Shown here: positions 49,201-61,200 of the stretch, piece by piece
Numbering within the stretch: the stretch's first letter is position 1
How the letters are laid out: each line of letters starts with the position of its first letter
Origin: Basidiobolus meristosporus CBS 931.73
Lineage: Eukaryota; Fungi; Basidiobolomycota
NCBI GenBank assembly: GCA_002104905.1
Contig: MCFE01000241.1
Location: 54,262-118,261 of the forward strand
Length of the DNA stretch: 64,000 bases
Direction of reading: 5' to 3'
The notes under the pieces: generated by a model
The model's input: only the letters and a program-made list of their open reading frames with translations
Database searches by the model: none
What the model was told of the DNA's origin: nothing
Position numbers and translations under genes: made by a program

Positions 49201-52200
49201 GGACTTTTGTGGAATTATTTGGAAAGGAATTCGATCACACAAACCATTTTGACGCCAGCTGTGTTACAAGACTGTAAAGCATTGCCTCCTTTGACCACAT
49301 CGTTGACCCTTGTCATGGCCGGCGAAGCGCTCCCGGCAACACTGCTCCGTACACTTCAGCGATTAATTCCCAACGGTAGAATTATTAACGATTACGGGCC
49401 GACCGAGGCAACTGTCAGTGCTATAGCGTGGAAGTGTCCTCCAAATTTCTCAGACGATATTGTTCCAATCGGTCGCGCGATTACAAACAAGCGAGTCTAC
49501 CTTCTGGATGCTTTTGGACAACCTGTACCATTAGGAGCAGTAGGTGAAATGTATATTGGAGGAGTAGGAGTGGCAAGAGGCTATCTCAATAGACCTGAAT
49601 TGACCGCACAGAGTTTCTTGGCTGATCCATTCAGCGATAAAGAAGGTTGCCGCATGTACAAGACCGGAGACCTGGCTCGCTACCTGCCAGATGGCAACTT
49701 GGAATATCTGGGCCGTAACGACCACCAAATCAAGATCCGTGGATTCCGAATCGAGCCTGGTGAGATTGAGGCTCGTCTCGTCGATCATCCTCTCGTCAAG
49801 GAAGCAGCAGTGCTAGCCCTGGGCGAGGGCACCGAGAAACGTTTAGTTGCATATGTGGTTGCTGAGCACAAGGAAGGCCTTGCTCATTTGCTCCGCACTC
49901 ATGTTGCTGAGAAGCTGCCCGATTACATGACACCAGCAGCATTTGTTCGCCTGGATGAACTGCCGTTAACTCCAAATGGCAAGCTCGACCGTCGGGCACT
50001 TCCAGAGCCAGACAGCGGCTCTCTCGTCAGCCAGAAATACGAGGCACCAGTGGGCGAGATCGAGACCGCCCTGGCTGCCATCTGGGAGGAGCTCCTTAAT
50101 ATCGAACGAGTCGGTCGTCACGATAACTTCTTCATGCTTGGTGGTCATTCCCTACTCGCTGTACAGCTGATTGAACGTCTTCGTCGCGTTGATCTTGGTT
50201 TATCTGTTCGCGCCCTGTTCGAGACCCCTACTTTGAGTGTTTTAGCCGAATCTCTTAATGGAGACCAAGTAGCCATCACCTCTACTCTAGCAGTACCTCC
50301 GAACCTTATTAAACCCGGCACCACCACGATCACTCCAGAAATGCTGCCGCTTATCAACTTGACCCAGAATGACATCGATCACATTGCAAATCACGTCAAA
50401 GGTGGAGTAAGTAATATCCAAGATATCTATGCTCTGGCTCCATTACAAGACGGCATGCTGTTCCATCATATCATGGCCACCAAAGGTGATCCTTATTTAC
50501 TTTATGTTATCATGGCCTTTGATAACATAACTATACTCGATCGCTACCTAAATGCTGTGCAGAAGGTGGTTGACCGCCATGATATTTTGCGCACTGGTAT
50601 TATGTGGGAAGGTCTATCAAGCCCTGCTCAAGTTGTATTACGTCAGGCGACTCTATCTGTTACTGAGCTACCTCTTAACCCAGCAGACGGTCCTATTATT
50701 GAGCAACTCGCAAAGCGCGTGGATCCTCGAGAACATTCCATTGACTTGACCCAAGCTCCATTGACTCGTTTCATCATTGCCCAAGAGGGTAATGGCCGTT
50801 GGATCGCAGCCCAATTGCTGCATCACACTATTGGTGACCACTCCACACTTGAGGAAATGAATCGTGAAATTGAGACTTTCCTTAAAGGCCCAGAAGAAAC
50901 TTTGCCTGCGCCTTCCTCCTTCCGTAATCTGATTGCCCAAACACGCAAAGGACCTAGTGTTGAAGCACATGAACGTTTCTTTACGGAAATGCTTGCGGAG
51001 ATTGAAACACCAGCATTGCCTTTTGGATTATCTGATGTTCACGGTAATGGTGGAAATATCACCCAGTCCTACCGCTTGCTGCCACAGAGTCTGAACAACC
51101 GTCTTCGTAGTCAAGCTAAGTCGATGGGCGTTAGTCTTGCTACTATGTGCCACCTTGCTTGGGCCCAGGTAATTGCTCGAACTAGTGGACAGCAGCAAGT
51201 TGTGCTTGGTACGGTGCTATTTGGACGTATGCATGCGGGATCTGGCGCAGATCGCGCAATGGGACTATTCATCAACACGCTACCGATTCGCATAGACATG
51301 AAAAATGCTAGTGTGCAGGATACTGTGCACCAAACTCAGACCAGTTTAGCAGCGTTGCTTGAATATGAACATGCATCCTTGGCACTGGCGCAACGGTGCA
51401 GTAATGTTCCAGCCGGTATTCCGCTCTTCAGTGCCCTTTTGAACTATCGCCATAACAGCACTCAACTGGACACTGAGACTACCATATTGGAAGGTGTTGA
51501 ATTCCTTCAAGAACAAGAGCGCACTAACTATCCATTCTTAATGAATGTAGAAGACTTTGGGGACTCACTTGGCTTGACCGCTCAAATTGTTCAGCCTTAC
51601 GATTCGAATCGCATCATCAATTATATGCAGCAAGCCTTACAGAGCATAGCCGATGCGTTGGAGTTCACGCCCATGATGCCAATTAATGAGCTCGATGTCT
51701 TGCCTATAGATGAACGCAACTTGGTACTTGATACATGGAACATCACCGATGGCCCATATCCAGACCATTTATGCGTCCATCAACTATTCGAGGAACAGGT
51801 CTCTCGTTCCCCGAACGCCATCGCTGTTGTGTCGGAATCTCAGACACTGACCTATGCTGAGGTCAACGAGCGTGCCAATCGCCTCGCCCATCATCTCATT
51901 GAGCTCGGAGTCAAGCCTGACACCCTTGTTGCACTCTGCGTAGAGCGTTCCGTTGCAATCGTCATTGGAATACTGGCCATCTTGAAGGCTGGTGGCGCTT
52001 ACTTGCCACTGGACCCGGTGTATGCTAGTGAACGACTCAACGATATTGTTTCCGATGCGTCGCCCTCCATTCTCTTGGCGGACGAGCATGGTGGCAACAC
52101 TATTGGTGAAGCATCACTCGCTTCACTGACGGTGGTCGACCCCAATGCGCAGTTCGAAGAACACCCCGCCACCAACCCACAAGTCACCAGCCTGACCTCG

Positions 52201-55200
52201 CATCACCTTGCCTACGTCATCTACACCTCTGGATCCACTGGAAAGCCTAAGGGTGTGATGGTGGAGCACGCACAGGTCACTCGCCTGTTTGATGCAACGG
52301 CCGCCTGGTACCAGTTCAACGAAAACGATGTCTGGTGCCTGCTGCACTCGTACAGCTTCGATTTCTCCGTGTGGGAGTTGTGGGGTGCTCTGCGATATGG
52401 TGGTAAGTTGGTGCTCCCATCCCACCATGTCACTCGTTCCTCCGAGGACCTCTATGAACTGATCTGTGAGCAAGGCATCACCGTGCTGAACCTTACCCCG
52501 AGCGCCTTCAAGCCGCTGATTGCGTGCCACGCGCAAAGTGAGCTCCAGGACCAATTGCGCTACGTGATCTTCGGAGGGGAGGCCCTCGAGCCGGCCATCC
52601 TGCAGCCATGGTACGCCACCCGATCTGAACACTCCCCCAAGATCGTGAACATGTATGGCATCACGGAGACCACAGTCCATGTCACCTACCGTGTGATGAA
52701 GAAGACGGACTGCACACAGGCGATTAGTCCCATTGGTGCAAGAATCCCTGATCTGACCACGTACATCCTGGACACTCGCGGCAATCCCGTGCCTATGGGA
52801 GTGGTTGGCGAGCTGTACATCGGAGGTGCTGGTGTCACCCGTGGATACCTGAACCGACCAGAGCTGACAGCTGAACGGTTCCCACTTGACCCATTCAGCA
52901 AGACGCCAGGTGCTCGCATGTACCGGACTGGTGACCTCGGTCGCTACCAAAGTGATGGCAGCCTCATCTTTTTGGGTCGTAACGATCATCAAGTCAAGAT
53001 CCGCGGTTTCCGTATTGAACTCGGGGAGATTGAGGCTCGTCTTGTTGATCACCCACTGGTCAAAGAAGCAGCGGTACTTGCAGTCGGTGACGACTCTGAC
53101 AAGCGTCTAGTTGCATATGTTGTTGCTGCACACGAGGAGGAACTTGCGCATTTGCTTCGCTCTCATGTGGCAGAAAAACTACCTGATTACATGACCCCAG
53201 CAGCGTTTGTTCGTATGGATAAATTTCCGCTAACGGCGAATGGTAAGCTCGACCGTCGTGCCCTTCCAGAGCCCGATAGCGACTCTCTCGTCAGCCAGAA
53301 ATACGAGGCACCTGTGGGTGAGATCGAAACTGCACTAGCGAGTATTTGGGAGGAGCAACTCAACGTCACTCGAGTCGGGCGTCATGACAACTACTTTATG
53401 CTTGGTGGACATTCTCTGCTTGCTGTACAGCTGATTGAACGCCTTCGTCGTATTGGACTTGGTTTGTCTATCCGTGCTTTGTTTGACACTCCTACCTTAA
53501 GCGTACTCGCCCAATCTATTAATCATGACAATGTAGCTGTAGCAGCAGCAGCAGCCACGCCATCCAACCTTATTAATCCTGACACCACCGAAATATTCCC
53601 AGCAATGCTTCCTCTGATCGATCTGACCCAGAGTGACATTGATCATATTGTCAATCAGGTTGAAGGAGGCGTTAGTAATATTCAAGATATCTATGCCCTG
53701 GCTCCATTACAGGATGGCATGCTGTTCCATCATATCATGTCGACTAAGGGTGATCCGTACCTGCTCATCAGTGCTATTGCCTTCGATAGCAGAGCGGTAC
53801 TCAATGAATACCTGAGTGCTGTGCAGAAGGTGATCGATCGTCACGACATCTTGCGCACGAGCATTATGTGGGAAGGCCTTTCCACTCCTGCTCAGGTTGT
53901 GTTGCGCCACGCGACTTTGTCCTTCACCGAGCTGTCGCTCAACTCATCCGATGGCCCTATTGTGGAGCAACTGAAGCAACGGTTCGATCCTCGGGAACAT
54001 CGTATGGATTTAACTCGAGCCCCTTTGTTGCGTTATGTGGCTGCCCAGGATGATGATGGTAGATGGATAGTGATTGAATTGATGCATCACATCATTGATG
54101 ACAATACTTCAGTGCAGCTAATGTACATGGAGATCCAAGCATTCATGGATGGTGAAGGTGACTCACTACCATCACCACAACCGTTCCGTAACCTCATTGC
54201 ACAAGCTCGTGCAGGACCCAATGTCGAGGCACATGAGCGTTTCTTCACCCAGATGCTTGGCGAAATCGACACGCCAGCCTTGCCTTTTGGGCTGTCAGAT
54301 GTGCACGGTGAGGGCCTAGATATCACTGAAACCCAACTATGGCTACCACAAGATTTGAACAAACGCCTTCGTAGCCAAGCTAGATCCATGGGTGTTAGTC
54401 TTGCCAGCTTATGCCATCTGGCTTGGGCACAGGTGATTGCTAGAACTAGTGGACAGCAACAAGTAGTGTTTGGCACCGTGCTCTTCGGACGTATGAATGC
54501 CGGCTCAGGCCTAAAGAGTACAATGGGTCCGTTCATCAATACCTTACCACTTCGCATTGGCATGGACGCCAGCAGTATTCTCGATACTGTGCGAAAGACT
54601 CACGCCACTCTAGCCGCTTTGATGGAGCATGAATACGCATCATTAACGCTGGCACAAAGGTGCAGTAGTGTCCCCTCAGGCACCCCAATGTTTAGTGCAC
54701 TTTTGAACTACCGTCATAATATGCAAGTATCCAATGAGGATACAAGAATTGCTGGCATTGAACACTTGGAAGGGCAAGAGCGCACTAATTATCCATTCGT
54801 CATGTCTGTAGAAGACTTTGGGGACACACTCGGAGTAACTGCTCAGGTCGTACAGCCATATGATTCAGTACGCATTGCAGAGTACATGAAGCAAGCCTTA
54901 CAAAACCTGGCAAGTGCTTTGGAGTGCTCACCTACAATGGCCGCTCAAGAATTGGAAGTCTTGGCTATAGAGGAGCGTAACCTGTTGCTTCATTTATGGA
55001 ATACAGCTGACGAAGCCTATCCCAACCAATTATGTATCCATCAATTGTTTGAGGATCAAGTTGTTCGCTCTCCCGATGCCATCGCTATTGTGTCGGAGTC
55101 TCAGACATTGACTTATACTCAAGTCAACGAGCGTGCTAATCGCCTCGCACATCGCCTCATTGATCTTGGAGTCAAACCGGATACTCTTGTTGCTCTCTGC

Positions 55201-58200
55201 GTTGAGCGATCCCCGGCGATTGTGATCGGTATACTGGCCATCATGAAGGCCGGTGGTGCCTACTTGCCACTGGATCCAGTGTATGCTAGTGAACGACTGA
55301 ACGATATTATTTCCGATGCGTCGCCCTCCATTCTCTTGGCGGATAAGCATGGTCGCAATACTATTGGCGAGGAATCACTCGCTTCGCTAACTGTGATCGA
55401 TCCCAACGCAGAGTTGGAGAGCTGCCCCTCTGCAAACCCACAGGTCTCTAGCCTGACCTTGGACAATCTCATCTATATCATCTACACCTCTGGATCCACC
55501 GGCAAGCCAAAGGGCGTGATGGTGAAGCATGCCCACGTCACCCGCCTGTTTGATACGACGGCTCCCTGGTACCAGTTCAACCAAAAGGATGTCTGGTGCT
55601 TGTCTCACTCCTACAGCTTTGACGTATCCGTGTGGGAGCTATGGGGAGCACTTCGCTACGGCGGAAAGCTGGTTGTCCCTAGCCAGAACGTGATCCGCTC
55701 GCCTGAAGATATGTACCGCTTGATCTGCGAGCAAGAAATCACCGTTCTGAATATGACTCCAAGCTCCTTCAAGCCGCTGATTGGTTGCCAAGCGCAGAGT
55801 GAACTCAGTGATCGGCTGCGCTTTGTGATCCTTGCTGGTGAAGCGCTGGAGCCAGCTATTTTGCAACCGTGGTACGCCACGCGCTCCGAGGATTCACCCA
55901 AAATAGTGAACATGTATGGGCCCACCGAAATCACCGTGTACGCCACCTATCGCGTGATGAAGGCACAGGATTGCTCCCAAGCCGTCAGTCCCATTGGTGT
56001 CAGGCTTCCGGATCTGACCACCTATATTCTGGATGCTCAGGGTCGCCCTGTGCCTTTGGGTGCTGTTGGGGAGCTGTGTATTGGTGGTGCCGGCGTCACT
56101 TGCGGATATCTTCACCGGCCAGAGCTGACGGCCGAAAAGTTCCCTCTTGACCCATTTAGCAAGAAACAGGGTGCCCGCATGTACAGGACTGGGGATCTTG
56201 TCCGATACTTGTCTGATGGCAGTATCATCTTCCTGGGTCGTAACGATGACCAAGTCAAGATCCGTGGATTCAGAATTGAGCTTGGTGAGGTTGAGGCACG
56301 TCTTGTTGACCATCCCCTCGTGAAGGAAGCAGCGGTGCTAGCCCTCGGCAATGGTACGGATAAGCGCCTGGTTGCCTATGTGGTCGCTGAGCAGAGCGAA
56401 GGCCTCGCTCATTTGCTGCATTCTCATGTTGCCGAGAAATTGCCGGACTACATGACACCAACAGCATATGTTCGCATGGACAGACTTCCACTGACAGCTA
56501 ATGGCAAACTCGACCGTCGCGCACTTCCCGAGCCGGATAGAGACTCCCTTGTCAGTCAGACATACGAAGCCCCTGTGGGCGAGACGGAAACTGCCTTGGC
56601 ACGCATCTGGGAGGAACTGCTCAACATCAAACAAGTTGGGCGCCATGACAACTTCTTCATGCTTGGTGGTCACTCTCTACTCGCTGTTCAGCTGATCGAA
56701 CGTCTCCGTCGCATTGGCCTTGGGTTGTCTGTTCGTGCCTTGTTCGACACCCCTACGCTGAGTGTAATTGCCCAATCTCTCAACCGTGACCGTGTTGCTG
56801 TAGCAGCTTCGGCAGTGGCACCACCAAACCTCATCACACCTGACACCACCGAGATCACCCCGGAGATGCTTCCACTGATCGACTTGACTCAGGACGACAT
56901 TGATCATATTGTCAACCAGGTTGAAGGAGGGGTTAGCAATATTCAAGACATTTATGCTCTGGCTCCATTACAAGACGGTATGCTGTTCCATCATATCATG
57001 CTCACTAAGGGTGATCCTTACGTGATCAATGTGATCATGGCTTTTGACAACAGAGCTATACTCGATCGCTACTTGGATGCTGTGCAGAAGGTGGTGGATC
57101 GCCATGATATCTTGCGTACTGGGATTATGTGGGAAGGCTTATCCACGCCTGCTCAAGTTGTACTACGTCACGCGACTCTCTCGGTCACTGAGCTTGTATT
57201 GAACCCAGCTGATGGCTCAATTGTTGAGCAACTCACAAAGCGCGTGGACCCTCGAGAGCACCGTATCGACTTGACCCAAGCTCCATTGACCCGTTTCATC
57301 ACTGCTCAGGATATTGATGGACGTTGGGTAGCTGCTCAATTGCTACACCATACGATTGGTGATCACTCCACCCTCGAAGAAATGAATTATGAAATTGAGT
57401 CGTTCCTTGGGGGTAGAGGGGAGACACTACCTGTCCCTTCACCTTTCCGCAACCTCATCGCCCAGGCGCGTGCGGGACCTGGTGTCGAGGAACAAGAACG
57501 ATTCTTCACAAAAATGCTTGGAGAGATTGACACACCTGCCTTGCCTTTTGGACTGACAGATGTTCACGGGAATGGCTTCAATTTAACCGATTGCTACATA
57601 TCACTGCCACAAGACTTAAATGATAGCCTTCGTAATCACGCCAAGAAGCTGGGGGTCAGTCTTGCAAGTATGTGTCACCTGGCTTGGGCGCAGGTGATTT
57701 CCCGAACCAGCGGACAACAGAGAGTAGTGTTTGGCACGGTGCTCTTTGGGCGTATGCAGGCTGGATCCGGTGCAGATCACGCAATGGGATTGTTTATTAA
57801 TACACTTCCAATTCGTATTGACATGGAAAATATCAGCGTCCAAGAATCTATCCTCCAGACCCAAGCCTCTTTAGCCGCCTTGATGGATCATGAGCATGCA
57901 TCTTTGGCACTAGCCCAGAGATGTAGTAGTGTTCCCTCTGGCACTCCAATGTTCAGCGCCCTTTTGAACTACCGTCACAATAAGCAAGTAGCTGGCGGGG
58001 ACGCAAAAATCGATGGTATCGAGTATCTTGATGGGCAAGAGCGTACCAACTATCCATTCACTATGTCTGTAGAAGATGGAGGAGTATCATTGGGATTAAC
58101 TGCTCAAGCTGTTCGCCCATATGATTCGTCTCGCATTTGTAACTACATGCAGCAGGCTCTACAGAGTCTAGATGAGGCTTTGAATCATGCACCGAACACA

Positions 58201-61200
58201 TCAGTCGGAGACCTTGAGATCTTGCCTACGGATGAACGCCACTTATTAATTCAATCGTGGAATGATACTGATAAGCCTTGTCCTCATCACATACGTGTTC
58301 ACCAGCTGTTTGAGAATCAGGTGGACCAAACTCCAGATGCCATCGCCGTTGTCTACAGAGATCAGGCTTTGACTTTCCGGGAACTGAATGCACGCGCTAA
58401 CTGGTATGCGCAGCAGCTTAAGGCACTTGGTATCCAACCGGGAGACTTTATTGCTACCCTACTGAAGAGATCCACTGAGCTGATTGTCATGCAAATTGCG
58501 ATTCTCAAGGTCGGAGCTGCCTACGTTCCGATCGATCCGAAGGCACCTGCCGATCGTCAAGCATTTATTATTGACGATTGTGCAGCACGGCTGTTGGTTA
58601 CCACCGAAAATACTCAAATCCCATCCGTGCTTAATACACCGCTGCTTCGTTTAAGTGACAACCCGGATAGTACAGACATAATTATCGATGCTCCGAATGT
58701 GATCTCTAGTGGTTCCAGCGTAGCCATCGCATATGCAATGTACACTTCTGGCTCCACAGGAATTCCCAAAGGCGTGCTTGTACCACATCGAGCAATCGTA
58801 CGCCTGACTATCAACAACGGTTATGCGAACGTTGGACCGGACGATCGTGTCGCGTTTGCTGCCAATCCTGCATTTGATGCAAGTACATTTGAAATCTGGG
58901 CGCCACTGCTCAATGGCGGCCAAGTGGTGATTATTGATGCGGACACGTTTACGGACTCGGTCCTAATGGCAGAAGCGATTGATAGACATCACATCACTAC
59001 TCTCTTCCTGACAACAGTGCTTTTCAATCAATTCGTCTTATCTATGGGTTCGACCTTGGCTAAGCTGAGATATCTTCTCTGTGGAGGAGAGCAAGAAAGC
59101 CTAGAGTCTTTCGCCACTCTTCTGAAATACGGAGGGCCTGAGCACCTCATCCATTGCTATGGACCTACCGAGACCACAACGTTTGCCACTACGTATGAGG
59201 TAACGAGTATTGATCACATACAAGGTCGCTTGCCTATCGGTCGGCCTATTTCCAAAACAAGTGTCTATGTATTAGATCAACATGGTCATCCAGTGCCATT
59301 AGGGGTTGTGGGAGAGCTTTACATTGGTGGTACAGGAGTTGCAAATGGCTACCTCAACCGAGCTGACCTATCAGCAGAACGCTTCCTTCCTGATCCGTTC
59401 AGTACGTGCGAGGGGAATCGTATGTACAGAACAGGCGATTTGGTGCGCTTCTTACCCGATGGTAATTTAGTATTTGTAAGCCGTAACGATCATCAAGTCA
59501 AAATCCGTGGATTCCGTATTGAACTCGGCGAAATTGAAGCTCGTCTTATTGAGCACCCTCTTGTTAACGAAGTAGCAGTACTTGCGATCGGCAATGGTGC
59601 GGATAAGCGCCTGGTTGCCTATGTGGTCGCTGAGCAGAGCGAAGGCCTCGCTCATTTGCTGCATTCTCATGTTGCCGAGAAATTGCCGGACTACATGACA
59701 CCAACAGCATATGTTCGCATGGACAGACTTCCACTGACAGCTAATGGCAAACTCGACCGTCGCGCACTTCCCGAGCCGGATAGAGACTCCCTTGTCAGTC
59801 AGACATACGAAGCCCCTGTGGGCGAGACGGAAACTGCCTTGGCACGCATCTGGGAGGAACTGCTCAACATCAAACAAGTTGGGCGCCATGACAACTTCTT
59901 CATGCTTGGTGGTCACTCTCTACTCGCTGTTCAGCTGATCGAACGTCTCCGTCGCATTGGCCTTGGGTTGTCTGTTCGTGCCTTGTTCGACACCCCTACG
60001 CTGAGTGTAATTGCCCAATCTCTCAACCGTGACCGTGTTGCTGTAGCAGCTTCAGCAGTGGCACCACCGAACCTCATCACACCTGACACCACCGAGATCA
60101 CCCCGGAGATGCTTCCACTGATCGACTTGACTCAGGACGACATTGATCATATTGTCAACCAGGTTGAAGGAGGGGTTAGCAATATTCAAGACATTTATGC
60201 TCTGGCTCCATTACAAGACGGTATGCTGTTCCATCATATCATGGCGACCAAAGGCGATCCTTACCTGATCTTCGGTATCATGGCCTTTGCGGATAAGCAT
60301 ATTCTCACTCGATACTTGGATGCTGTGCAGAAGGTGGTGGATCGCCATGATATCTTGCGTACTGGGATTATGTGGGAAGGCTTATCCACGCCTGCTCAAG
60401 TTGTACTACGTCACGCGACTCTCTCGGTCACTGAGCTTGTATTGAACCCAGCTGATGGCTCAATTGTTGAGCAACTCACAAAGCGCGTGGACCCTCGAGA
60501 GCACCGTATCGACTTGACCCAAGCTCCATTGACCCGTTTCATCACTGCTCAGGATATTGATGGTCGCTGGATAGCTGCTCATCTCCTACATCATGCCATT
60601 GGTGATCACTCTGCCGCCGATGAAATGAACCATGAAATCGAGGCGATCCTGGATGGTCGAGCAGACCTGCTCCCGGCACCATCCTCTTTCCGTAATCTCA
60701 TTGCACAAGCACGAGTAGGACATAGTGTTGAGGCACACGAGCGTTTCTTCACTGAGATGCTTTCCGAGATAGAAACGCCAGCATTGCCTTTTGGGTTGTC
60801 CGATGTTCATGGTAACGGTCACAATATCACTGAGGCCTACTGTTTACTACCCCAGGGCCTGAACAACCGCCTTCGTAGTCAAGCCAAGTCGATGGGCGTT
60901 AGTCTTGCTAGTATATGCCATCTTGCATGGGCTCAGGTAATTGCCCGAACTAGTGGACAGCAGCAAGTTGTGTTTGGTACGGTGCTCTTTGGACGTATGC
61001 AGGCTGGATCTGGTGCAGATCGTGCCATGGGATTGTACATCAACACGCTACCGATTCGTATCGATGTAGATAACGCCAGTGTTCAGGATACAGTGCGTCA
61101 GACCCAAGCCTCATTAGCAGCCTTGATGGATCATGAGCACGCATCCCTGGCACTAGCCCAGAGATGTAGTAGTGTTCCCTCTGGTATCCCCATGTTCAGC

